A DNA stretch of 64,000 bases, taken from positions 98,518,001-98,582,000 of the forward strand of contig OZ024745.1 in assembly GCA_964016885.1 (NCBI GenBank), in the 5' to 3' direction. Positions 39,345-53,200 of the stretch are shown here, one piece after another. How positions within the stretch are numbered: position 1 is the first letter of the stretch; every line of letters starts with the position of its first letter. The notes below the pieces were generated by a model. That model had not been told where the DNA came from and did not search any database. It saw only the letters and a list, made by a program, of their open reading frames with translations. Origin of the DNA: Eledone cirrhosa (Eukaryota). The translations under genes and the position numbers were made by a program.

Positions 39345-39503
39345 CTTTCAGTGATTTCGCAAGTTCCTTTAAATTTTCCAGTTGCGCCGTCGCCATTGCC
39401 CTCAATTCGTCGTTTGTTGATAATTGAGCCGCTTTGATTGCCAGAAAAGCGGTCATTTCTTCCGTTAAATCGTCCAAGTTCACCTTCTCTTTAGCAAGTT
39501 CAG
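39345..39503 (-). CDS. Host exon, coiled-coil protein (ELAKEKVNLDDLTEEM..LENLKELAKSLK)
   Basis: tatttatttcAG acceptor, AAG|GTAAGC donor, 159 nt, open, heptad-like, non-repetitive. Confidence 0.7.
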
Positions 39504-40660
39504 CTGAAATAAATAGTTCATGCTGAATCAATTTCCAATTAATATTGGTGATTGGTATTGTATTTATTTATTTAGGCAAAATAATCAGTAAAAATCTTTT
39601 TGTATCTTAATAAATGTTGGGAGCAAAAACTGATTCAAATGAAGTTGTTTTTGAACCCTAAATGTCTCTACAACAAACGAATGAGTAATACCTATCTCCG
39701 TACTGGACGCTGGGCTCTAATTTTTACCTCCGTATTGGATGCTGGGCTATCATTTTTAACTCTGTATTTGACGCTGGGCTATCATTTTAGTATATTTAAT
39801 TGAGAAAATGGAATTCAACACTGCTAGCCAAACTTTTATGCAAACTGTTAAACTAGACTCTTCTATTATATAAACTTACTTTTTTATGGCTTCTTCAGAA
39901 TAGGAAGGGTAGCTACCACACCCCTTTTCAGGGTCTCGAAGATTGTGGGAGGAAGGTATGAAGTTACCTGAGACTTGTCCCCTATACTTGCAACAGAACG
40001 GACTCTGTTATAGGTTAACCTAGACTTGGTAGGAGTGTTACGTCAGACGAAAGATTTAGAAACGTCTACAAGATTTCCTATTGACGAATACACGATAATA
40101 TGTCACTGAGTTTCCTTGAGCGTTTCTACTGAAGGTATTTTGTAATGGACCAGATATACGGTCTAATACTGGATTTTATTATGTATGTGGTTTCATGGTT
40201 AAGGTGTTCGGTTCACGATCGTAAAGCCCTGATTTCGATTCCCAACCGCGCGTTATGTCAACTCAGCTGGCAAAATTGTGTTGCACCTGTAATTCAACTG
40301 GCCAGCTTTGTCAAAAACTGTACCACACTGAATCTCCCTGAGAACAATGTTTAAGATACACGTGTTTGTGGAATGTTCAGTCATTTCACGCTAATTTCAC
40401 GGCTGTTCCGTTGATCGCATCAACTGGAACAATCATCGTCAGAACCGACGGGGGTCCAAGTTATACACATACGTGTGTGTGAGAGAGTGTTTTGTGGTCT
40501 CACTGGCGTGGTATGCAATTAAGTACTCAATACAGTTAGATAGGGTTCAATAACATTAATTCAAAATGAACCTGTGTTAATTGGTTGTTCCCGATCTTTA
40601 AGCAAACTACTAAAAGCGACTTACTCAGCTCTGTCTGCCTGCCTGCCTGCCTGCTTGCCG

Positions 40661-40699
<39 letters not shown>

Positions 40700-41347
40700 C
40701 GCGCGCGTGTACGTGTGTGTGTGTAAAACTAATTACAATATTCACTGACCATTTCCATTCTTTTAGTCGGTCACCATTAAAATCTCCGATGTTCCCGCCA
40801 AATCGGGGAGAGGGCATTTCGCCTACAGAAGGAGGTGGAATGGCTAACACAGCGGGCATCACTGGCTGTTCTTGATGGCAATGCTTTTGTCATCTTGACA
40901 ACCAGGGATGTAGACATTTCCCCACTTCCCATTTTTTGCCCTTTTTTTAAATTATTGTTTTCTTTCTCTCAGTTTATAAAAATGTAGAATTGAATATGAA
41001 TTGCTATATAAAATAGATTCTTTTACTGTTTTCAGTCATTGGACTTGTGCCAAGCTGATTTGATATGTAAAATTGAGGGGTTTGCTGTGTATTCTAATTT
41101 TTTTTTTTTTTGTGTATGAGGGTCTACCCAAACCTGAAATGCCCTGAGCCCCCAGTGACTTCATCCCATCTGAACTCCGGCTGTTACTATCCTGTTCAAT
41201 GCATTCCAACGTGGAAGGTGGGTATGAAATGATGATGATGATGATGATTTTCAAATAATCATATTGCATCATAATAAAACCAGAATAGTTTCAGGTAGTT
41301 TCAGGTGGTCTCTCATCAAATGGGTTAACTATTTAAAGCCTCGTTAC

Positions 41348-41494
41348 TTTTTAGACACTCGAGCTTCCGTTGCAATCGAACATCTTCATCTCGCAAGTCC
41401 TGTCTTCGTTTTCGAAATTGTTTTATATATTTGATGAAAAAGTCCTTCTCGTCATTTAAAATGTGCAAATTATTTTCCAACTCAGCTACCGACC
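41348..41494 (-). CDS. Host exon, coiled-coil protein (SVAELENNLHILNDEKDFF..LQRKLECLK)
   Basis: tttctgttttccAG acceptor, GTAACG donor, 147 nt, phase 1 matches next exon. Confidence 0.65.
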
Positions 41495-41635
41495 CTGGAA
41501 AACAGAAATAGGAGACAAATAGTTAAGACTCTTGCTGCATATTTCTAATAAAAGATCATGTCTATAATTTTGGAATAATTTTAAAATAATCAAGAATTTG
41601 AAAGGATTTGGTAATATGATTAACTTTCTCGTTTT

Positions 41636-41870
41636 TTAACCTTGTGTTTGGAACAACATAACAGAGGTTCTTACAGGAAACTGTAATGGGAGGTTTTTAG
41701 ATAAACTTTCTTATTTAGTAACCTTGTGTTTGGAACAACTTTACAGAGGTTCTAACCTGAAACTATGGTGGAAGGTTTTTTAGATAAGATTTTTCATTGT
41801 TTAACCTTGTGTTTGGAATAACTTTACAGAGGTTCTTACCTGAAACTATGGTGGAAGGTTTTTAGATAAA
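41636..41870. repeat. Three ~82-bp tandem units
   Basis: TAACCTTGTGTTTGGAA..ACAGAGGTTCT..GGTTTTTAGATAA x3. Confidence 0.9.
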
Positions 41871-42149
41871 TAACATCACTTAAAAACAAACAGCTTTGTA
41901 TCATAGAACTAAAGGATTATCAGGCGGTTTTGGTATCAGTCATTAATATATAATGCTCTCCTGCTTGAGAGGAAAGTAAAGGGGATAGCCATAATTTAGC
42001 GGGGCTGGGGTGTTAACTAAATGGTAGTTATGGCAAATAGGAAAGGTCCTAGTAAAAGCATAATTAGGATGTTAACTCAGAATTCACAATTGATGCCAAA
42101 ACCCAAGAAAACCCTTTTTAATGTCCTACTGATTCAATTCCCCCAATTC

Positions 42150-42571
42150 TAAGAATCTAATCTATTCTAATCTGGCCGAGTTTACACTCGCAAATAAGAA
42201 GAACCAGGGCCGCCCCTTAGGAGCATTTGGTTTTCTATATTCATATTTGTTTCGGTTGCTGAATACAATCAGGGGTCGCTTCTTCTCCTGAAGGTCAATA
42301 GTTCTCTTCTAACTCGAGCGCCTTTCCATTGTCAATTTGCATTGATCATTGTTCTCAGAGCCACTACACCAGTCTCGATGTGTGCAGCTGGAACTACTGC
42401 CACCCATTGATTTGGTAGGATCGTAACTCATTTCTACAGCTGAGTAAACTGGAGCAACGTGAAATAAAGTGTCTTGATCAAGGACACAACACATCACCCG
42501 GTCCAAGAATTGAACTCATAACCTTTCGATTGCAATCCCAATGCTCTAACCACTAAGCCATGCGCCTTCAC
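42150..42571 (-). mobile_element. SINE B head joined to the 3' module of the 25406 element
   Basis: tRNA-like head and core 42423-42571; 42160-42420 matches 25590-25870. Confidence 0.7.
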
Positions 42572-43035
42572 TAAGTAGGCTTCATGATAAGTATGTTACT
42601 CCTTTAACAGTTGCAACACAATACGAGTTTTATTGTTGTTGTTTCTGCTGAGGATGAGGCTGATGCTGTTGTTGTTTTTGTTTAGCCCCCAGATCAGCCC
42701 TGATCGAGCAGGGAATGTGCATGATTAAAAGCGTTCCAGTCATGACCATATCGTCATAATTATCTAGGTCTACATTATCCAACGTCTTCTTCATCATTTT
42801 AACACGTAAAGCTGTGAATTGAGAAATCTTTGGCTGATATTTCTTGCAGATCAAGCAACTATGTAGAGATATTCTCGTTAGTTCATGTTTCTTTAGTCCA
42901 TCTTGTAGTGAGTTGGAAGAATCGGTATTTTGTGGCATTTAGTTATGTCCCTTTGCGTTCTGGGTTCAAATCTCACTCGGGTTGATTTTGATTTTACATT
43001 TCCTCCTTCTGTGGTCGATAAAATAAGTCACGGAT

Positions 43036-43170
43036 AGTGGCGTAGATAGAGTGTGTGCCACCTAGGGCAGACCTTGAGTTTGCACGCACACATACCCTGT
43101 ATCGGCTGCCTATACAGGCATATACAACAGACCCAAAATGCTATCCCTATTGCCCCCTAGCTGCGCTACT
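43036..43170. mobile_element. Short MITE
   Basis: Imperfect TIR AGTGGCGTAGATAG / CTAGCTGCGCTACT. Confidence 0.5.
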
Positions 43171-43454
43171 ATGATACAGACAAATTCCTGGGTTAGTTTT
43201 AATCTATTAAAACACATGTATGACCAGATTTCAATGACTAAAACTAGTAAAATAACCATTATATCTTAAAATGGGAGGTTTGTCGGGTTTATCTACCCCG
43301 GGTGAACTGTATTAATATGGTTTCTGTGCTTATCAAATGCCCCCAATAGGTTGTGATACGGAAGTGTTTATAACAAAGAAAGGGAGCCGTTCATCAAGCT
43401 GGACCAAGGATATTATATCTTCGCTGGTTTTTCCATTGCTGATACTAACTAATG

Positions 43455-43643
43455 GTCGTCACTAGTGACAGAAGGAGACTATCTACCAGTCACTAGTGAC
43501 AGAAGGAGGCTATCTACTAGTCACTACTGACAGAAGGAGACTATCTACTAGTCACTAGTGACAGAAGGAGGCTAGCTACTAGTCACTACTGACAGAAGGA
43601 GACTATCTACTAGTTATTAGTGTCTGAAGGAGGCTAGCTACTA
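43455..43643. repeat. 31-bp minisatellite, ~6 copies
   Basis: ACTAGTGACAGAAGGAG(A/G)CTATCTACTAGTC, contains palindrome GTCACTAGTGAC. Confidence 0.9.
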
Positions 43644-44429
43644 ATCTTCACTGGTATCAGAACGAGGCAAGATTTGAACTCAGAACATATAAGGCAAGAT
43701 CAGATACCGCAAAGTACCCTATCCGATTCTTTAAGTATTCTTCCAATCCTCTAGCGCCTGACAGATACTCTATTTATCGACTCCTAATGGATGGAGATTT
43801 AGACTCAGAGAACCAGAACAAACACCGAGGCCTTTACTCCGACACTCTAACGACCCCATTATAACAACTACATACAACTTCAACTGTAAACTACTTCTGG
43901 AAGAACAAAGCGATTAAATCTAGAGTCAAAAGTAACAAATAGCTAAGTACAAAACATGGAATCGACAACATAAACAGTGTGTCAGTGAGGAATGTTAATG
44001 TAACTTTAGACAACCTGTCAGTTGTTGTTGTTGTTGTTGTTGTTGTTAGGGGCAGTGGTGGTGGTGGTGTGACTGCTACTGCTGCTGTTATTGCTGTTTT
44101 TGTTGTTGCAGAGTTTCAGGTCAGTTCTGGTCCAACAGAAATATGATAAGTAAATTTAGTCGACAGAACGAATACGTGCAGCTGCAGGATTCATTGTTTC
44201 AGATATAACGTCTCACCACATAGCTCACCACCAAACTACAGTTGTTATTTGTACAGTGCTGTAGTCTAAGCATACTTTACTTCAGTGGTTCCCAACCATT
44301 TCACTACTAACGTTCGCAATATCAATCTTTTTGATCGCAAACCGCCTGTTCTACGATACATAACTGTTTGTTTTAAAGTGCATATATTTAGATTCTATAC
44401 AGCACAAAACACTTAGTATGGTTCTATAG

Positions 44430-45463
44430 AGAATACAACAAATAGTTTAGTTCTATATATCATATTAGTTCTATATACCATATTAGCTCTATATAACATA
44501 CAACAGATGGCTTAGTTCTATATACCATATTAGCTCTATATAACATATAACAGATAGCTTAGTTCTATATACCATATTAGCTCTATATAACATACAACAG
44601 ATGGCTTAGTTCTATATACCATATTAGCTCTATATAACATACAACAGATGGCTTAGTTCTATATACCATACAACAGATAGCTTAGTTCTACATACCATAC
44701 AACAGATAGCTTAGTTCTATATAACATATAACAGATAGCTTAGTTCTATATACCATACAGCAGATAGTTTAGTTCTATATACCACACAACATATAACTTA
44801 GTTCTATATACCATATTAGCTCTATATAACATACAACAGATAGCTTAGTTCTATATACCATATAACATATAACTTAGTTCTATATAACATACAACAGATA
44901 GCTTAGTTCTATATACCACACAACAGATAGCTTAGTTCTATATACCATACAACTTAGTTCTATATAACATACAACAGATAGCGTAGTTCTATATAACATA
45001 CAACAGATAGCTTAGTTCTATATAACATATTAGTTCAATATAACATACAACAGATAGTTTAGTTCTATATAACATACAACAGATAGCTTAGTTCTATACA
45101 ACATACAACAGATAGCTTGGTTCTATATACCACACAACAGATAGCTTAGTTCTATATACCATACAACAGATAGCTTAGTTCTATATACCACACAACAGAT
45201 AGTTTAGTTCTATATAACATACAACAGACAGCTTAGTTCTATACAACATACTACAGATAGTTTAGTTCTATATAACATACAACAGATAGCTTAATTCTAT
45301 ATACCATATTAGTTCTATAACATACAACAGATAGCTTAGTTCTATATAATATACAACAGATAGCTTAGTTCTATATAACATACAACAGATAGCTTAGTTC
45401 TATATATCATATTAGTTCTATATAACATACAACTTATAGCTTAGTTCTATATAACATACAACA
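44430..45463. repeat. 29-bp minisatellite with shorter variant units
   Basis: TTAGTTCTATATA(A/C)CATACAACAGATAGC, >30 units. Confidence 0.95.
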
Positions 45464-45617
45464 GAGAGTCCTGCTCGTTAAACACTTAGTCGTAGAATTT
45501 ATAGAAATACAGCCATAACTATCAGATTACATCTATCCTAATAAAGAATACATTAAATAAATTAGAAAGCAGATTGACATTCGACATGTCTGTCCTACGA
45601 AGGGAGGAGGGGAGGGG

Positions 45618-45741
45618 AGAAGAAGAAGAAGAAGAAGAAGAAGAAGAAGAAGAAGAAGAAGAAGAAGAAGAAGAAGAAGAAGAAGAAGAAGAAGAAGAAG
45701 AAGAAGAAGAAGAAGAAGAAGAAGAAGAAGAAGAAGAAGAA
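45618..45741. repeat. (GAA)n microsatellite
   Basis: Pure run of ~40 units. Confidence 0.98.
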
Positions 45742-45905
45742 CTGAGAGGAGTAAGAATGAGGAAGAAAATATAGTTATATGATCAGCGGTAGAGAGAGTG
45801 AGAGATTGCGATAGATGAGAGAGAGACAAAGAGACAGAGAGGGGCGAGTGGGAGACAGATGTAGGTTGACCGATGATAGGCTGACAGCAAGAGACACTAA
45901 CCGGC

Positions 45906-46034
<129 letters not shown>

Positions 46035-46052
46035 ATATATATATATATATAT

Positions 46053-46103
<51 letters not shown>

Positions 46104-46123
46104 GTATATATATATATATATAC

Positions 46124-46195
<72 letters not shown>

Positions 46196-46239
46196 TAGGA
46201 TATATATATATATATATAGGATATATATATATATATATA

Positions 46240-46319
<80 letters not shown>

Positions 46320-46369
46320 GTGTGTATATATATATATAGTGTGTAAAATATTTTCATATTCTAATACAA

Positions 46370-46486
46370 AGGTCTGAAGACATGGTGTGTTTGCTTACAG
46401 TGTACCTTCGGTTTATGATAATATTTGTATATTATTCAAATAGCGAGGTATAGGTAACCCATACACTATAGAAACAATTGTTACCT
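46370..46486 (+). ncRNA. Type I hammerhead with ~90-nt extended stem II
   Basis: Stem I AGGU/ACCU; CUGAAGA at 46374; stem II AUGGUGUGU/AUACACUAU, UUAC/GUAA, UGUACCU/AGGUAUA; GAAA-CAAUUG-UU at 46471; AATAAA at 46487. Confidence 0.7.
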
Positions 46487-46530
46487 AATAAATTCTATAT
46501 ACCCGCATTTCCATTTCGTAAACTTCTTCT

Positions 46531-46668
<138 letters not shown>

Positions 46669-46827
46669 TTCTCTAACCACTCAGCCACACGCCTTCACAA
46701 TATATATATTGTGAAGGCGTGTGGCTGAGTGGTTAGAGAATTGGATTCATATATATATGTGTATATATATATACACATATATATACATATATATATACAA
46801 ATATTTATATACATATATATATACAAA

Positions 46828-46881
<54 letters not shown>

Positions 46882-46956
46882 TTTGTATATATATATATAT
46901 ATGTATGTGTATATGTATATGTATATGTATATATACACAAATATTTATATATATAT

Positions 46957-47002
<46 letters not shown>

Positions 47003-47006
47003 TATA

Positions 47007-47043
<37 letters not shown>

Positions 47044-47047
<4 letters not shown>

Positions 47048-47220
47048 GTTTCTACTTTAGGCACAAGGCCAGAAATTACCCAGTGCATTACTGGTACTTT
47101 ATTTTATCGACCCCGTAAGGATGAAAGGCAAAGTTAACCTCGGCGGGATTTGAACTCAGATTGTAAAGGGACGTAACTATGCTGGAAAGCATGTCCGACC
47201 CTCTACCGATACTGCCAATT
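47044..47220 (-). mobile_element. SINE family A
   Basis: Full head/core/tail. Confidence 0.85.
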
Positions 47221-47436
47221 CATATATAATAGCCGGTTAGTGTCTCTTGCTGTCAGCCTATCATCGGTCAATCTACATCTGTCTCCCACTCGCCCCTCTC
47301 TGTCTCTTTGTCTCTCTCTCTCATCTATCGCAATCTCTCACTCTCTCTACCGCTGATCATATAACTATATTTTCTTCCTCATTCTTATATATATATATAT
47401 ATACGCACACATGCTATTGGGATTGACAACAGGGGA

Positions 47437-47504
<68 letters not shown>

Positions 47505-48595
47505 CGGGAGGAAAGGAAACGACAGAAAGAAAGAAAAAAGGAAGAAAGAAAAAAGAAAGAATGAAAGAAAAGAAAGAAAGAAAAGAAAGAAAAGAAAGAA
47601 AAGAAAGAAAGTAAAAAGTAAGAAACAAAGAAAGAAAAGAAAGAAAGTAAAGAAAGAAAGTAAAAAGAAGGAAAGAAAAAAGAAAGAAAGAAAGAAAGAA
47701 AGAAACATAATCGAGCTTGACATATGAAGACACGAAAAGAAGGTGGAGTTGTGACATTTTAATTTGGTGCATTTGGAAAACGTAAAATGTTGGTAAAACC
47801 TTTATCTATTGACAACTGATCGAATGATTGAGTAGGAGGACAATGACTGAAGGCTTTACGATTTGTATTGAATTATTTTGCTTTCTCTGACCTCTTCACT
47901 ATAAATAGGGTCTTTGTGTAAATGCAGTTCCCCTCGTTTAAGGAGCAGGAGTACAGTGTAGTTTACAGTTTACGTGTTTCATTACATTGCATTGCAGAAT
48001 TCATGTTTTTTGCAGGTCTTCAAAAATACATCATTGTTGATAATTGATAACAGGTAAAACTGATAACAGCTAAAACTGATAACAAGTAAAACTGATAGCA
48101 GTTAAAAATGATAGCAGTTAAAACTGATAACATGTAAAACTGATAACATTCGTTGCTTAATAATCCTTGCCCTTTTCCTCTTTTTCTTCTCATTTATAGA
48201 CTTTGGCAATGCTACTTTATTTTCCTATATGTTTGACTAAATATGAAATTCTTTATTATTTTTATGTAATTTTATCCTAGAAATAAAAGATCATGCCTAA
48301 GGTAGTTAAAAAAAAGAAAAACTATTAAAGTAAAGAGAAAGAAGAGGGAGCAGTAGACTGTACACCCCAGGGTGGCGTATCTTAACTGCACCCCGCAGAC
48401 AAGATGACGAAGGCATTGTCACGGAGAAAAGACAGCGACACCCGTTATATCAGCCAATCCACCTCGGGACTCGGGAGGAATGCAGTCCTCTCCCAATTTT
48501 GTGGAAGAAAACGGCAGTTTGGGGACTGAGGACACCAGAGATCAGAATGGTGACTGTCACATTTTTTTTCTTTTTTATTATATTCGACCATCCAA

Positions 48596-49056
48596 GGGCG
48601 GTGGGTTGGCAGAATCAGAAGAGCGTCGGACAACAAGCTTCGCGACATAGAGTTACGGCCCTTTGCCTTCTGAGTTCAAATCCCGCCGAGATTAGCTTTG
48701 CTTTTCATCCTTACGGGGTCGATAAAGGACCAGTAATGCACTAATGTCGATTTAATTGACTTACTCTTTCCCTAAAAGTTATATCAGAAACCATCATATT
48801 CAACCACCCATCCCACCTTTATTTTTCTATTTTTACTCTCTTCCTGTATATTACTCTTTTTATTATTATTAATACTTTGGAAAGCATGTCCGGTAGAGGC
48901 TCGGACATGCTTTCCAGCATAGTTACGTCCCTTTATGATCTGAGTTCAAATCCCGCCGAGGTTAACTTTGCCTTTCATCCATACGGGGTCGATAAAATAA
49001 AGTACCAGTAATGTACTGGGTAATTGCTGGCCTTGTGCCAAAAGTAGAAACAATTA
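48596..49056 (+). mobile_element. Two SINE family A copies
   Basis: Second copy has TSD ATTATTATTAATACTTTG and a short 5' inversion. Confidence 0.85.
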
Positions 49057-49109
49057 TTATTAATACTTTGATTATTGTATACTTCTATTTGTGTATAAAT
49101 GTTTACACG

Positions 49110-49520
49110 CATTTACATCACAAAATTATTAACCATTTTGCCAACAACAACCCTGAGCACCTTTTTGATTTCCACGTGTTTAACACACGTGGGCATGCCT
49201 ACAAAGTCAGAAAACAGCACAGCTCCCATGACTTTCGGAAACATTCTTTCACGCTCAGAGTTGCTGAAGCATGGAACAAACTACCTGCATCAGTTGTTAG
49301 CTGTCGGGACACTGCATCCTTCAAAACTTCCATGCTTCCTGAAATTCGCCAACACTACACCCGATGCCCCCCCCCCCTCCATACACACACACGCATGTAT
49401 ATCATGACTCATACACTGTTCATTTTCCTGACATTTGTACATTATTCTATGTACTATACATGCACCTTTGATGAGTTGTAGTGCACACGAGCACTGTACA
49501 CAATAATTTCATTATTATTA
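49110..49520 (+). mobile_element. CR1-clade LINE 3' fragment
   Basis: TRGHAYK..RKHSFTLRVAEAWNKLP..SFK, (ATT)n tail. Confidence 0.8.
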
Positions 49521-49941
49521 ATATGTCGGCTCAACTAGAGTGGGAGAGTCGACAGGAACTAAACAATAATATTTATGAATGAACATGTAGTAAACAATAG
49601 AAATTTACTATGAATTATGAAATCGTTTAAAATTCAAACAAGAGATGATGTTGTGTGGAGGTGGAGGAGATCTTAAGCAGTGTAAGTAGTATTTCAGAGA
49701 TTAAGTTGATAGAGTAGAGTTTTAGTGAGAAGGAACGGTTTCAGCTGGAGAAGTAAGGTGTCTCGACTAGGATAGGTTCTCTTCTCAGGAAGATAAGTGG
49801 ATCTGAATGAATGGGAGGGCGTATAAATAAAATAAAAAATGAGCGGAAGTAGAAAGAAAAACAAAGATAAAAGGAAGAAGCGAGGAGAAACGGAGAAAGA
49901 TACGAGAGCAGAGAGAGAAGGATTGAGAAAGAGACAAGGAC

Positions 49942-50013
<72 letters not shown>

Positions 50014-50306
50014 CAGACTGAGAAACAGAGACAGGGAAAGGGAAAGAGGGAGAGAGAGAGAGAGAGAGAAAAAGAAAGAGATGAAGAGAGAGACACACAC
50101 AGAGACAGACAGTGAGAGGGAGAGAGAGAGAGACAGAGACAGGGAAAGAGAAAGAGGAAGAGAGAGATTAAGAAAGAGACGAAGAGAGATACAGAGAGAC
50201 GGAAAAAGAGACAGAGACAGGAAAGGACAAAGAAGGAGAACGAAAGAGAGAGAAAGAGGTGGAGAGAGATACAAAGAGAGATACGAAGAAAGAGAGAGAC
50301 ACTGAG

Positions 50307-50372
<66 letters not shown>

Positions 50373-50439
50373 TAAAATCTGCCAATCAAAAACGTATTCA
50401 TTCATAGATACATCAAATACTACAGTTAATTACTACATA

Positions 50440-50930
50440 TATTCCCGTACCACGGCTCCTCATCTGGGATGCTACAAACTATGACACCTCCCTTTGCTAC
50501 CCGGTGTGTTTGACTATCAGACCAGTCTCTGCTGCCCACCATACCAAAAAGAGCAAACTGTCCAAGTATCGGCCGTTCTCTGATAGGTTTGTGGTAGAGC
50601 CTGTAGAAGTGGAGACTTCTGGCATTCTTGGCCCCCAGACCACATCCTTGCTCAGTTATCACAACAGAGCTGGCTGAGCGCAGGTGGGAACCCCACGAGG
50701 TTAAGTGGCTTCTTTTCAAACCTGTAGCTGTGGAGACTTGTGGCGTTCTTGGCCCCCAGACCACATCCTTGCTCAGTTATCACAACAGAGCTGGCTGAGC
50801 GCAGGTGGGAACCCCACGAGGTTAAGTGGCTTCTTTTCAAACCTGTAGCTGTGGAGACTTCTGGCGTTCTTGGCCCCCAAACCACATCATTGCTCACAGC
50901 TATCAGAACAGCGTTGGCTGCCCGCAGTTG
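50440..50930 (+). mobile_element. CRE RLE fragment with 121-bp tandem triplication
   Basis: LIWDAT..DT and VETSG(I/V)LGP; units start 50600, 50721, 50842. Confidence 0.8.
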
Positions 50931-51051
50931 TTGAAATGTTATTGTTACAGTTGCTGTTGTTGATGCTATTGGTGTTGTAGTTGTTACAGTTGTTGTTGTA
51001 CTGTTGAAGTTGTTATAGTTGTTGTTGTTGTTATTGGTGTTGTACTTCTTA

Positions 51052-51097
<46 letters not shown>

Positions 51098-51261
51098 TGG
51101 TGACAAGTCATTGTCATTGACGACGTGTTGTTATTGCCAGCAATGGTGATTTGGTATTTTTATTTCTATTTTATAGTTTATCAACAAAGGTAAAAAGACC
51201 AGAAAGTTCAGAGAGAAGAATAGTCTAGAAAGGAGAGATTATTCGGATAGATAGATAGATA

Positions 51262-53200
51262 TGTTTCATTATTAGCCACAGGGGCACAAAAGAAGGGGAC
51301 AAATACAAAGAGGAATGTTTACATACAATAAAAACATGTAAAATACTATCACAAATGCAATTTAAAAATTAATCGATTTTCCCCAATAGGGGGAGACATT
51401 TCATATGGGTAACATACCTCCGAAAAAAATGTGCAACCCTCATCTCCAGGAGTACGAAGAGTTTGTACCCCTTTCCTCTCTTCCTCTTTTTCCACAACCC
51501 AGCGGCTGATATAGAGAGAAGGCCCATTCACTCGGGACATTCTCGCCGCTTTCACCCACCTTTCATAAAACTTGCTGGGGTACAACACGTCTCTCTCCAT
51601 CCTGATTCTTCTTCCAAAGTGGTATTTGAAAAAAAGAATCAGTTGTTGGCCGGAGAGAAAGGTGTCTGACCTCAGCTCTTTTAACCTCGTCCACCATACA
51701 ACCTCTTTCGCCATAGCTATCACACAAAGGAAAACCGCCCCTCCTTCGTTTTTGAAGGAGGGTCGTGGTTTGATCATGACAATGGACTCGGTGGTCAACC
51801 GGATTGGTCCCACCCGCGACAATAGTCGTTCTACATAGCCCCACAGGTGGGTAACGCCCGGGCAGTGTATGAATGCGTGCGCGACGGTTTCTTCGTCTCG
51901 CACGCATCTCGGACAGATCTTTTTCGAAGGGTCCCTGCCCGGGCGCCCATGTCTGTAGAGCTTGTCTCGAACTGGTAGAGCTCCTCGGTAGCACTGCCAG
52001 GCCAGGGACTTTTGGAAGTTCTCCATCGGTCCCGGGCGGAAGGTCCTACCGAACAGACTGGCCAGTTCGTCTTCCTCTACGCCTAGAGTTTCTCCGAGCG
52101 CGTCGTCGCACTTGCTGCGGATCAACCCTCTATAGACTGACGAAGTGGAGTCTCCACTGATCGCCGGGTCCACTTGCCAGAGGGCTGTGGGCGTCTGAGG
52201 ACATTCGATGTGGCAGTCGCCCATTTTCCTCGGTTTTTTCTTGACCCAGGACTGCAGCTCGGTCAGTGAGACGAGTCGTAGGAAGGCTCGCCTCACGAAC
52301 GGGGCCCACACCGGTTGTCCGGTGAGGAATACGTAGAGATGCCGCAGCCTGAGCGCGTGTTTGCGCATCGTCAGCCACGGCATCCCCAGCCCTCCGTTGG
52401 AAGGGTGTTGGCAGCAGATGGATCTTCACACCAAAGGAGCCCGCTTCTTCCAAAGGAATTGGAAGAGCGCGCGCTCCATTTTGGTGAGCGTTTTGGCTGG
52501 ACAAGGCACGACGGTCAAGCGGTAGTAGATGACGGTCGCTATAAAAGTGTTCGCCACCTCCGCTCGACCTTTCAAGGATAGTTTGCACTCGGCCCACTTC
52601 TGGGTGAGTGCAAATACCTTGGCCGTCACCTCGTTCCAGTTCTTCTCCACCTGGAGGTCCGGAACAAACCAGATCCCGAGCAGCTTTACCGGGCCTTCCG
52701 TCCAGCGTCCGACGACGCTATCGGAAGGGATCGGTTTGCCTCTCCACGATCCGAGTTGCAAACCGATGGACTTATCCCGGTTCAGCTTCGCTCCTGTGAA
52801 CCTTTCGTATTCCTTCAGTAAGGTGCCGACTTCCTCGATTTGCGAGGTGCTCGACACCATTACTGTCACGTCGTTTAAGAGTTTGCCCTGTTTCCAGGGA
52901 ATCCCCAGGCCGCGTACATTCACACATCCAACTCTTATATTGGCCATGTTGGTGCTGAAAAGTTAAAAGAAGAGGAAAAGAAATCACTCACCTCTTCGTC
53001 TCCTGGGGACCAGGCTGCACGATTTCCATGGGGGTGTTGGAGGGGTTGTCTAGGTGGGTGGTGGTTTCCGGCGGGGTAGGGACGGAGATGTTTGGTGGGG
53101 AGAGGGTGTCTGGTGGGATGGGGGTGTCTGGGGTGGGGAGACATTTGAGAAGGACGCGATTAAGTGGTTTCACGCAGGAATTCCCCACATCCTTTTCAAA
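51262..53200 (-). mobile_element. Tx1/L1-clade LINE with large internal deletion
   Basis: EN start NVRGL; TGAKLNRDKS, LSLKGRA, zf-RVT CPRC..ETVAHAFIHC; Pro-rich ORF1 end upstream. Confidence 0.88.

Noticed and set aside
40040-40070. CAGACGA..GAAACGTC hammerhead-like motif
   Set aside because: Stems I and II do not pair.
36975-45463. Minisatellites as CRISPR arrays
   Set aside because: No unique spacers, no cas genes, eukaryotic context.
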